Position numbers and translations under genes: made by a program. The notes below the pieces were generated by a model. The model saw only the letters and a list, made by a program, of their open reading frames with translations, had not been told where the DNA came from and searched no databases. Shown piece after piece: positions 25,188-33,672 of a DNA stretch of 39,345 bases. The DNA is from Clostridia bacterium (GTDB lineage Bacteria; Bacillota; Clostridia; Oscillospirales; CAG-272), in the NCBI GenBank assembly GCA_017466495.1, contig JAFTUB010000122.1, positions 1 through 39,345 on the forward strand, in the 5' to 3' direction. The stretch's first letter is position 1. Every line of letters begins with the position of its first letter.

Positions 25188-25652
25188 ATGCCAAAACCGC
25201 AATATGTTTATCACGGCAGCCAGTACCTATTTGATGTAGTTCGCCCACAGCAAGCACGCGGTGCGAATGCACAAGAATCGCAGAAGGCTATATACGCCGC
25301 AGAGGCAATAGAGAAAGTAATACCGTTTGCCTTACCAATACGCTGGTATCCAGACGACCCGACGGGTAAAAGGGCTTTCTCCTGTGAAAATGGTAAAACG
25401 TTTATTGAATACGGCAGTCTTGATCCCAACGGCGTGGGATATGTTTATAAGCTAAAAGCAGACACCTTTGAAAAGTTAGACGAGTGGCAATGGATTTCAA
25501 GACTTGATGTTGTTCCGGAAGAGGTGATATGTATTCGAGTCAAGGATTACATTGATACCGTGTCATTCTCGGAAAAAGCAATGGAGATTCAAAACAAATT
25601 ATTCAAAAGTCCGGAGATTGCAGGGGCGCCTGAAACGGATCGTTGCGTTTGA
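25188..25652 (+). CDS. Hypothetical protein (154 aa), start 1 nt after the upstream stop
   Basis: AAGGAGAA ribosome-binding site inside the upstream gene end, TAAT-ATG junction, protein-like composition, N-terminus MPKPQYVYHGSQYLFD. No family recognised. Confidence 0.55.
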   Translation: MPKPQYVYHGSQYLFDVVRPQQARGANAQESQKAIYAAEAIEKVIPFALPIRWYPDDPTGKRAFSCENGKTFIEYGSLDPNGVGYVYKLKADTFEKLDEWQWISRLDVVPEEVICIRVKDYIDTVSFSEKAMEIQNKLFKSPEIAGAPETDRCV

Positions 25653-25703
25653 GGAAGACTGATGTTTGATCGTTGCGCAGCCTTTGCGGAAGGAGATTGC
25701 AGC

Positions 25704-26120
25704 ATGAAGACAGAAAAATTCTCCATGAGGAACAAGAACGAATTCTTTGATCGGGCAGATGCTATGCATGACTGCTTCTTTACCGTCGCTTTGGAGGATC
25801 GCACGCTTGTGTTAGTGTATGACCGGCTGGAGCAATATTGCGGTCCCGCCCCCGATTCACCTTGGTTCGCGGGATTTCATCAACTGACGGTGCGGTATCA
25901 CGGCATTGATTATCTGGATCTGCGTTTGAAGTGCAAAAGAAAAGAGATGGATTTTGACAATACCGTGGCGCCTTTGGAGAACAGGGAATTGATCATGAAC
26001 AAGTATTCCGTCGATTCGTTCGGTGCGCTGACGCTGTATTTTGGGGATACGGTTGGCAAAAAGCTATGGGGCGGTACGATTGAGATTATGCCCGATGAGA
26101 TTGAATACATCTGGACGTGA
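25704..26120 (+). CDS. Hypothetical protein (138 aa)
   Basis: ATG at 25704 follows GAAGGAGA. AT-rich codon usage like its neighbours. No family recognised. Confidence 0.55.
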   Translation: MKTEKFSMRNKNEFFDRADAMHDCFFTVALEDRTLVLVYDRLEQYCGPAPDSPWFAGFHQLTVRYHGIDYLDLRLKCKRKEMDFDNTVAPLENRELIMNKYSVDSFGALTLYFGDTVGKKLWGGTIEIMPDEIEYIWT

Positions 26121-26142
26121 CGCGTTTATCCCGCCCATGGAA

Positions 26143-26174
26143 AAAAGCTTTTCGTTTCGGCGAAAAGCTTTTTT
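26143..26174 (+). terminator. Intrinsic terminator inside the islet
   Basis: aaaagcttttcg TTTCGG cgaaaagctttt followed by a T-run. Confidence 0.75.
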
Positions 26175-26175
26175 A

Positions 26176-26204
26176 TTGAAAAATTCATATTTGTATGTTA
26201 CAAT
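26176..26204 (+). promoter_or_regulatory. Promoter of the beta-propeller-like gene
   Basis: TTGAAA (26176-26181), 17 nt, TACAAT (26199-26204). Confidence 0.55.
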
Positions 26205-26231
26205 TAACCGCAGAGGGGAGGCGGTGGCATC

Positions 26232-26987
26232 ATGCGAGAAAATCTGATATTCTATCAACATCATAAAAATTATTCTATCTGCTGTTCCGAACAGGAATGG
26301 CTGAACGGCTATTCCAATGGTGCGATTGAATCTCTCCAAATGCTTCCCGGTACTTATGATCCTTATACGGATGAATGCATCAATGACATTGTTGTTCAAT
26401 ACAGAACCGGAGAAACATATCGGTGGAAAACAAAATATATCAACGGTTACAATATGGGGCAATTTGGAATTGCGGTTTCAACCGATGGGACAATGGTTTT
26501 TGCGCAGACTTGGGATAACGGGCTCTTTTGCTTTGATGCCCGAACAGGTGAACGCATTTGGCGAACCAAGAGCAGGCGCGGCATCACAGATATATTTGTA
26601 GGTGATCATACCATCACAGCGCAATTGCACGGTTACGCAATGCAGCTGATTGACATGAAAACGGGTGAGGTTATCCAAGAAAAACGTCCTTGTACTGCGT
26701 GGGGATTTACGAATCTTGATCATCGTCATATTGTTTGTCAGGTCACGGGCCGTAAATGGGAGATCATTGAAGCGGAAACGCTTGAAGTGAAAGAAACGTT
26801 TACGCATAAGGTTTTTACAGGCAACCATACTGATTTTTGTATTCATCATATCAGTTTATGTGAAAACGGAAATATTCGTGTGGCAGGGTTTAAGAATGAA
26901 CGGAATGGTTCGGAAATGCCGAATAAAATGTTGCCAAATATCGAATTTGCGTATTTTCTTCATTCCGAGTATTTCAAAAAATCTTAA
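26232..26987 (+). CDS. Hypothetical protein with PQQ-like beta-propeller repeat signatures
   Basis: Repeats of the type DGTMVFAQTWDNGLFCFDARTGERIWR and MQLIDMKTGEVIQ resemble PQQ/BamB-type blades. GC about 35-40% by eye. Confidence 0.55.
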   Translation: MRENLIFYQHHKNYSICCSEQEWLNGYSNGAIESLQMLPGTYDPYTDECINDIVVQYRTGETYRWKTKYINGYNMGQFGIAVSTDGTMVFAQTWDNGLFCFDARTGERIWRTKSRRGITDIFVGDHTITAQLHGYAMQLIDMKTGEVIQEKRPCTAWGFTNLDHRHIVCQVTGRKWEIIEAETLEVKETFTHKVFTGNHTDFCIHHISLCENGNIRVAGFKNERNGSEMPNKMLPNIEFAYFLHSEYFKKS

Positions 26988-27199
26988 ATAAAGCCGTACT
27001 GTTTGTGTTGTCTCACTTATAAGTATAACACGAGTCCCAATTGCTTTTTGTGCTCCCGCTGTGATTTTCGTTTCACCAAAGCCTCCCTCCCGGAGGGAGC
27101 CGGGTGAATACAGCGTTCATCCGGGAACACATTGTCGAATTGGGACAAAATATCAATCGATCTGCCCGGTGGATGAGCCCCGGGCGGGAAGGAGAAAAT

Positions 27200-29008
27200 A
27201 TGAAGCGATATATGGCCGGGGGGCTTGCGGTTCTGCTGTTGACGGGACTTTTGACGGGATGCGGTCCGGTGTCGGATGGTGGGCCGGGGACTGATCCGGT
27301 GACGCCGGTTATTTCTGCCGAGAGTGAGCAGCTACCCTTTGTCTTCACCGAGGCTGACGGGGAGATGTTTACTGACCGGGATATGCGCAGTCAGTACGGC
27401 AGCGGTACTCGGGTGACCCTGTCGGGAAAGACCGCCAAGGCAGATGGGGACGGTGTCCGCATCAGCGGCTCAACGGTGGTTGTGACGGAGGAGGGAACGT
27501 ATATTTTTTCCGGCACGCTGGATGACGGCATGATTGCGGTGGAGGCCGGCAGCTCGGACAAGGTGCAGATTGTGCTGGATGGTGTGTCGGTGACCAGCTC
27601 GACTTCGGCGGCGCTGTATATCCGCGAGGCGGACAAGGTGTTTGTGACCCTGGCCGAGGGGAGCGACAATCTGCTGGCCAATGGGGGGAAATTTGCCTCG
27701 GCGGAGGACAGCAAGATCGACGGCGCGGTTTTCTCCCGCCAGGATCTGACCTTCAACGGCACGGGACGGCTCACCGTCACCTCTCCCGCCGGGCACGGCA
27801 TTGTTTGCAAGGATGATCTGGTGCTCACCGGTGGGCTTTATGCCGTCACCGCCGCTTCCCACGGGCTGGATGCCAACGACAGCATCCGCATCGGCCCGGC
27901 GGACATGGTGATCACCTCGGGCAAGGACGGCATTCATGCCGAGAATTCCGATGATGCCGAGCTGGGCTTTGTGTATCTTTCGGGGGCAAGGCTGAACATT
28001 ACGGCGGAGGGGGACGGCATCAGCGCCGGCTCCACCCTGCAGGTGATGCAGGGGAATATCACGGTGCTGGCGGGGGGCGGTTACGGAAACGGAACCAAGG
28101 CTACCTCCTCCGGCTGGGGAAGCTTCCCCGGCGGCCGTCAGCCCGGTGGAGTTTCTTCCCCCTCTTCCTCCTCGGACAGTACCAGCATGAAGGGGCTGAA
28201 ATCCGGGGGCAATATGGGGATCTTCGGCGGGATGGTTTCGGTGGATTCGGCTGACGATGCCCTCCATGCCAAGGCTTCTCTTGTCGTTGCCGACGGCACG
28301 CTTACCCTGGCCACGGGGGATGACGGGCTTCATGCCGACGAAAATCTCGACGTGACGGGAGGACAGATCTCCATTTCCCAAAGCTATGAGGGAATGGAGG
28401 CCACCCACGTTCATGTGTCGGGGGGCGAGATCGTTCTGTCCGCCGACGAGGATGGTGTGAATGCGGCCGGCGGGACCGATTCCAGCGGTGTCTCCGGCGG
28501 GCGCGATGGGATGTTCGGTGCGCCTGCGGGCTTCGGGAAACCCGGTGGAAAGCCGGGGGGCTCCGGAGGAATGTCTGCTTCCACGGGAAGCGTGACCATC
28601 TCCGGCGACAAGCTGTATATCAAATCCATGGGGGACGGGATCGATGCCAACGGTACTCTGACCATCTCCGGCGGGCACACCACGGTGGTGGGGCCCGTGG
28701 TGGGGGATACGGCCACATTGGACTATGATGTGAGCGGTACGATCACCGGCGGAACCTTCATCGGCACCGGCGGGCAGGGCATGGCGCAGTCCTTCAGCGC
28801 TGCCGAGCAGGGCGTCATTGCCCTGCGGGTGGGCAACCGCGAGGCGGGGACACAGATTACCCTGACCGATGGGGAAGGAAATGTGCTGATCTCCCACGCC
28901 CCCGAGCTGCCCTTTGCGGTGGTGATCCTCAGCAGTCCCGGGATCGCTGCGGGAAAGACCTACCGTCTGACGGTTGGGGATACTGCGGCGGAGGTCGCAG
29001 CCGAATAA
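27200..29008 (+). CDS. Lipoprotein with Cthe_2159-like carbohydrate-binding beta-helix repeats
   Basis: Lipobox LLTGC after MKRYMAGGLAVLLL. Repeated ...GKDGIHAE.../...EGDGISAG.../...GDDGLHAD.../...MGDGIDAN... rungs. Gly-rich linker. GGAAGGAG ribosome-binding site. Confidence 0.7.
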   Translation: MKRYMAGGLAVLLLTGLLTGCGPVSDGGPGTDPVTPVISAESEQLPFVFTEADGEMFTDRDMRSQYGSGTRVTLSGKTAKADGDGVRISGSTVVVTEEGTYIFSGTLDDGMIAVEAGSSDKVQIVLDGVSVTSSTSAALYIREADKVFVTLAEGSDNLLANGGKFASAEDSKIDGAVFSRQDLTFNGTGRLTVTSPAGHGIVCKDDLVLTGGLYAVTAASHGLDANDSIRIGPADMVITSGKDGIHAENSDDAELGFVYLSGARLNITAEGDGISAGSTLQVMQGNITVLAGGGYGNGTKATSSGWGSFPGGRQPGGVSSPSSSSDSTSMKGLKSGGNMGIFGGMVSVDSADDALHAKASLVVADGTLTLATGDDGLHADENLDVTGGQISISQSYEGMEATHVHVSGGEIVLSADEDGVNAAGGTDSSGVSGGRDGMFGAPAGFGKPGGKPGGSGGMSASTGSVTISGDKLYIKSMGDGIDANGTLTISGGHTTVVGPVVGDTATLDYDVSGTITGGTFIGTGGQGMAQSFSAAEQGVIALRVGNREAGTQITLTDGEGNVLISHAPELPFAVVILSSPGIAAGKTYRLTVGDTAAEVAAE

Positions 29009-29039
29009 AGGTGCGCCTGGTGCACCGAAGGAGAAGTGT

Positions 29040-29969
29040 ATGAAAAAATACCTCTGGGGCTTGCTTTACAGCCTCGGCTTGGCGGCATTTACCGTTTATC
29101 TGCTGCTGGACACCTTTGTGATTGCCCGGGTTTATGTGCCGGCACTCGAGACGGTGTCTGAAACCAAGGTCACGGGGGAGATGCTGGACATCGGCATCGG
29201 GGATACCCCCGAAACCGAGCCCGAGCCGATTCCGACCATTGTTACCGAAAACCTCTATGTGGACGAACAGATCGCCATTGAGATTACGCAGCACCGCTGG
29301 GACAATTCCGATGTGTACGTGGCCGACATTCTGTTGATGTCGCCGGAATATCTCAAGACTGCCCTGGCCATGGGGGCTTACGGCAGAAACGTGACCCAGA
29401 CCACCTCCGAGATGGCTGAGGCCAACGGCGCAATTCTTGCGGTGAACGGCGACTACTACGGCTCCCGGGATAACGGCTACGTTCTGCGCAACGGTGTGGC
29501 CTATCGCGCCGCCGGCAAACGGGGACGGGATGTACTGGTGATTGGGGAGGACGGTGTATTTTCTATCGGCCAGGAGGGGGCGGTTACGGTCAAAGCCATG
29601 CAGAGCGCAGGGGCGCGGCACGTACTGTCCTTCGGCCCGGTTTTGCTGAAGGACGGAGAGGTAGCTGTGCCTGCGCGGGGACTGAGCGGCCACGCCACCA
29701 AGCGCAATCCCCGCACCGCCATCGGCATGGTGGAGGAGCTGCACTATGTCTTCGTCACGGTGGACGGCAGAACCGCCAAAAGTGCGGGGCTGACGGTGCA
29801 GTCTCTGGCGAAGTTCATGGCTACCCTTGGGGTGCAGACCGCCTATAACCTGGACGGCGGCGGATCGGCGGCCATGGTCTTCAACGGTCAGGTGGTCAAC
29901 CGGCCCACCTATGACGGAAAGGTGATCGAGGAGAGGAAGGTGAGCGACATTGTCTACATCGGATATTAA
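29040..29969 (+). CDS. Phosphodiester glycosidase family protein (DUF2233/NAGPA-like), membrane-anchored
   Basis: N-terminal TM helix, AVNGDYYG, FGPVLLKDGE, RNPRTAIG, and YNLDGGGSAAMVFNG. Confidence 0.75.
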   Translation: MKKYLWGLLYSLGLAAFTVYLLLDTFVIARVYVPALETVSETKVTGEMLDIGIGDTPETEPEPIPTIVTENLYVDEQIAIEITQHRWDNSDVYVADILLMSPEYLKTALAMGAYGRNVTQTTSEMAEANGAILAVNGDYYGSRDNGYVLRNGVAYRAAGKRGRDVLVIGEDGVFSIGQEGAVTVKAMQSAGARHVLSFGPVLLKDGEVAVPARGLSGHATKRNPRTAIGMVEELHYVFVTVDGRTAKSAGLTVQSLAKFMATLGVQTAYNLDGGGSAAMVFNGQVVNRPTYDGKVIEERKVSDIVYIGY

Positions 29970-30360
29970 GGGCGTGCGGCCCCGGGCTGCGGTGATCGCC
30001 CGGCGGTATTTGTATGCCGCGGCCTTTTCTCTGCTTCTTGGTGTAGTTTATACCTGCTTCAGCAATGGCGTTTACTCGGCGCATATGCTCCTTGCCTTTG
30101 TTTTCCCGCTGATGGGAGGCGCGGCGGTGTTCGGCGTGCTGTCCCGGCTAGGCGAGAGGGCATATCCCGCTCAGTGGGCAGAGCGATTCTACCGCTGGGG
30201 GATCGCGGCGCTGACTCTGGGCAGCCATGTGCATGGTGCGCTGGAGATCTACGGCACCGAGAATACCATGACCGCGTGGTACTGGTGGATCGGCGGTCTC
30301 TTGGCGGAGATCGGGGTGGCGATTTATGCTGTGCGGATGCTGACCCGCCGCGGGGACTGA
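29950..30360 (+). CDS. Hypothetical integral membrane protein (about 4 TM segments)
   Basis: TTG start overlapping the previous gene by 20 nt. Hydrophobic segments throughout. The start is uncertain (GTG at 29974 is possible). Confidence 0.5.
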   Translation: MSTSDIKGVRPRAAVIARRYLYAAAFSLLLGVVYTCFSNGVYSAHMLLAFVFPLMGGAAVFGVLSRLGERAYPAQWAERFYRWGIAALTLGSHVHGALEIYGTENTMTAWYWWIGGLLAEIGVAIYAVRMLTRRGD

Positions 30361-30365
30361 CTGAT

Positions 30366-30406
30366 GAAAAAGGGAAGGATGTGCATTTGCACATCCTTCC
30401 TTTTTC
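30366..30406. terminator. Bidirectional terminator
   Basis: aaaaa-gggaaggatgtgca/tgcacatccttcc-ttttt between convergent genes. Confidence 0.8.
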
Positions 30407-30408
30407 GT

Positions 30409-31548
30409 TTACTCCTCCCCGATGCGGATGGGGAAGCCGTTGACCTCCACGCCGGCTTCGGCGCGGATCATGATGTATTTTTCACCGTCGATGATGCGGG
30501 TCTGCACCAGGTCGCTGGCCTCGGGCTTGACCCGAATGACCACGTCGGGTGTGGTGACGTCAAAGCGCTTTTTGTCCACCAGGTTGGCGGGAGGGAGTTC
30601 GGTGCCCACCCCGAAGGCGCGGTCGTAGTTCTCCCCGAAGGCGGTGACGTGGGGCTCGTCCACGCCGCAGTCCTCGAGGAGACCTGTGATCATGCGCTTG
30701 GACACCATGGGACGCTCGTCCTCTTCGTCGCGGGTGGCGGGCTTGAACTCGGCCAGTACGCAGATCTGCTCGTGAACGGTCTGTGCCACCTCGTAGCTGC
30801 AGGCCTCTCCCACGCTCTCGGCCAGCACTGAGGCAAAGGTTTCCTTCTGCACGGCAGCAGGAGGAGGAAGCTCACCGTCAAGGACGGCCGACACGAAATC
30901 GGTGTGATTGTCGGCGGTGTCGCGGGTGTAGTAGAGGGCTTCGTAGATGTTGGCGGCACGGCGGTCAAAGGCGGGGAACATAAAGCCCAGAGCCGGTGCG
31001 CCGATGACCTGATCTCCGGTGAGGCTGCAGAAGCGGTTCTCCTCCGCCAGATAGCCCAGGGCGGGTCGGGTCTGCTTGATGGGGCAGAGGGCGCAGACAA
31101 AATAGTGGAAGGTTTTGGTGGAATCCTCGTCCTTCTCCCCGTCGGCGCGGTAGCCCGAATAGTCATAGCTGTCGGCGGCTAAGAGGATCATATAGCTGCC
31201 CTCGATGGCGGTATTGGCAATCACCGCTTCGTAGAGGGCGGTGACGGCAGCCTCATCCTCCAGGGCCGTGTCCCGCAGGGTGGTGAGGCGGCGGTGATGC
31301 TCACCCTCCAGTACCTGAGCGGTGGAGAAGGCTACGGGGTGGAGGTTTTTGTTTTGGGTGCCTGAGAGGACCTTGCGCAGGATGGAGAGCAGCTCCTAGG
31401 TCTCCTCCTCACGCATCAGCCCAAGGGACTGATTGAAGGTGGCGGAGATCTGGTGGGCTTCGTTGACAAAGCAGCCGCGGATGCGGGAGATGCTGGTTTT
31501 CTCCGGGCGGAAGCGGCGGCGGATTTCGGCAATATCTTTGGTGGTCAT
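30409..31548 (-). pseudogene. DUF4317 family protein with one in-frame TAG (codon 51)
   Basis: MTTKDIAEIRRRFRPEKTSISRIRGCFVNE... (typical DUF4317 N-terminus, AAGGAGAA ribosome-binding site) runs to a TAG at 31398-31396. The same frame stays open and protein-like (ELLSILRKVLSGTQNKNLHPVAFSTAQVLEGEHHRRL...) into the 271-aa ORF 30409..31224. Confidence 0.8.
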
Positions 31549-31642
31549 GAAATTCTCCTTGTGGATTGGTATGGCGGACTCTGTGAAATATGATAGCACA
31601 ATTTTCTGCGGTTTGCAAGGGGGTGCGCGATTTTGCCCCGAC

Positions 31643-31671
31643 TTGACAAATGGGAAAAAATATGATATTCT
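31643..31671 (+). promoter_or_regulatory. Promoter of the ABC exporter operon
   Basis: TTGACA (31643-31648), 17 nt, TATTCT (31666-31671). This leaves a leader of about 180 nt. Confidence 0.55.
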
Positions 31672-31823
31672 AATGTAGCCTTTGTTCCGTCCGTCGGGGA
31701 GCGGTCCTTTCTGTGTCGGGATTGCTTGTCGAAACTGCGGAGCAGGGGCCGTGCCCCCGATTTCGGTGTCCTCCATTCCTGTGTTGGAGGCGGCGGGAGA
31801 GGGGAACGGTACGTTATATCTTC

Positions 31824-31848
31824 ACCTTGTATTACCTTGTATTACTTG
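31824..31848 (+). repeat. Tandem direct repeat ACCTTGTATT x2 (+ partial) just upstream of the ABC start codon
   Basis: accttgtatt accttgtatt acttg at 31824-31848. Confidence 0.6.
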
Positions 31849-31857
31849 AACGGAAAC

Positions 31858-33672
31858 ATGAAAAAACAATCGAAATCACAACTTATTCTCACTTTCCTGC
31901 GGGGATGCCGGCGGTATTTTGCCCTGAGCATCTTCTGCGCGGTGGGGGTGACCCTGACCGACCTGCTCAGCCCGCAGATCGTCCGCTTTGCGGTGGACTC
32001 GGTCTTCGGCCGTGAGCCGGTGGATCTGCCTGCGCCTGCCCTGGCGCTGGTGGAGGCGGTGGGGGGCGTGCCCTACCTGCGGGAGCATCTGTGGCTGATT
32101 GCGGCGGCGGTGGTGACGGTCTCGGTCTTCGCCCTGCTCTTTCAGTACGGCTTCCAGGTTTTCAACGCCATGGGGGCCGAGCATCTGGTGCGCTCCATGC
32201 GGGACACCATTTTTGCCCACATTGAGCGGCTTCCCTTTGCCTGGCACATGAAGCAGCAGACGGGTGACATCATCCAGCGCTGCACCTCTGACGTGGATAT
32301 GCTCAAGCGGTTCATGTCGGATCAGATGACCTCCCTGTTCAAAACCGTGCTTCTGTTGGTGCTGTCCCTGACCTTCATGTGCTCCATGAATCTCAAGCTT
32401 TCCATCATTGCCATGGTTTCCATTCCCCTGATTCTCTGTGCATCGGTCTTCTTCCACCGGCGGATCCGTCGGGGCTTTACCGAGTGCGACGAGAACGAGG
32501 GCAAGCTGTCGGCCATCGCCCAGGAGAATCTCACCGGGGTGCGGGTGGTTCGCGCCTTCGGCCGTGAGGCCTACGAGCGTGAGCGCTTTTCCCAACAAAA
32601 TCAGCATTATACCTCCCTGTGGATGAGGCTGAATTTGGTCTTTTCCGGCTATTGGGGGGCGGCGGATCTGGTTTCGGGTCTGCAGGTGATGCTCATTGTT
32701 ACCCTGGGTGCGGTGTTCTGCATCAAGGGGGAGATGACGGCGGGTAATTACATGGCATTCATCTCCTACAACGCCATGCTGACCTGGCCGGTGCGCCATC
32801 TGGGACGGATGCTGTCCGAGATGAGCAAGGCAGGGGTTTCGCTGGGGCGTATTGCCGAGATCATGTCGGCCGAGCCCGAGCGGGATGTGGAAGGGGCGCA
32901 GGAGCCTCCGCTTGACGGAGACATTGTCTTCGATCACGTCAGCTTCGGTTATGACGGTGCCCCCGAGCTGCTTCACGACATTTCCTTTACCGTGCCTGCA
33001 GGAGGAACCCTGGGTATCCTCGGCGGCACCGGGTCGGGTAAATCCACCCTGGTATATCTCCTCTGCCGCCTCTACGATCTCGCTCCCGACAGCGGGCGGA
33101 TCACCATCGGCGGGGTGGACATTGCCCAGATGTCGGCGGCCCACCTGCGGCGGGGCATCGGCATGGTCATGCAGGAGCCCTTCCTCTTCGCCCGCACCCT
33201 GCGGGAGAATATCGGCATTGCCCTGGAGGAGGGGACGGACAAGGATGCTGTCATCCGTGCCGCCGCCGAGACCGCAAGTCTGCACGATACCATCGAGGGC
33301 TTCACCGACGGCTACGACACCCTGGTGGGTGAGCGGGGCGTGACCCTCTCCGGCGGGCAGAAGCAGCGGGCGGCCATTGCCCGCGCTCTGGTGCGCCCTA
33401 CGCCGATCTTGGTCTTTGACGATGCCCTGTCTGCGGTGGACACCGAAACCGATGCCCGGATCACGGCGGCTCTGGCAGCACGCAAGGATGACTCCACCCG
33501 GATCTACATTTCCCACCGCATCACCACCCTGATGCACTGTGACCGCATCCTGGTGTTGGAGGGCGGGCGGATCGCTCAGTACGGCTCCCATGCCGAGCTG
33601 ATCGCCCGGGAGGGGCTCTATCGCGATATTTATCGCATTCAGACCGATCGCAGCGAGGAGGTGGAGGCATGA
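31858..33672 (+). CDS. ABC transporter permease/ATP-binding protein (type I exporter half-transporter, subunit A)
   Basis: Six-TM domain, then Walker A GGTGSGKST, signature LSGGQKQR, Walker B ILVFDDALSAVD. Start at 31858 (MKKQSK). Confidence 0.9.
   Translation: MKKQSKSQLILTFLRGCRRYFALSIFCAVGVTLTDLLSPQIVRFAVDSVFGREPVDLPAPALALVEAVGGVPYLREHLWLIAAAVVTVSVFALLFQYGFQVFNAMGAEHLVRSMRDTIFAHIERLPFAWHMKQQTGDIIQRCTSDVDMLKRFMSDQMTSLFKTVLLLVLSLTFMCSMNLKLSIIAMVSIPLILCASVFFHRRIRRGFTECDENEGKLSAIAQENLTGVRVVRAFGREAYERERFSQQNQHYTSLWMRLNLVFSGYWGAADLVSGLQVMLIVTLGAVFCIKGEMTAGNYMAFISYNAMLTWPVRHLGRMLSEMSKAGVSLGRIAEIMSAEPERDVEGAQEPPLDGDIVFDHVSFGYDGAPELLHDISFTVPAGGTLGILGGTGSGKSTLVYLLCRLYDLAPDSGRITIGGVDIAQMSAAHLRRGIGMVMQEPFLFARTLRENIGIALEEGTDKDAVIRAAAETASLHDTIEGFTDGYDTLVGERGVTLSGGQKQRAAIARALVRPTPILVFDDALSAVDTETDARITAALAARKDDSTRIYISHRITTLMHCDRILVLEGGRIAQYGSHAELIAREGLYRDIYRIQTDRSEEVEA

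Noticed and set aside
24513-27095. Integrated mobile element (prophage/ICE/IME) at tRNA-Trp.
   Set aside because: No integrase, recombinase, transposase or replication gene is in the interval. The only repeat with the tRNA 3' end is a weak 12/16 match. It is kept as a compositional islet rather than called a mobile element.
27082-27100. CTCCCTC-CCG-GAGGGAG hairpin upstream of the lipoprotein gene as a terminator or riboswitch.
   Set aside because: It is a short stem without a U-run and has no recognisable riboswitch core. It is noted only because it overlaps the weak tRNA-like repeat at the islet boundary.
31396-31398. Pyrrolysine or reassigned TAG in the DUF4317 gene.
   Set aside because: No pyl genes or suppressor tRNA are in the window. 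TAG functions as a normal stop for the MutS-like gene at 1932-1934. This cannot be excluded genome-wide, so it is kept only as a check.
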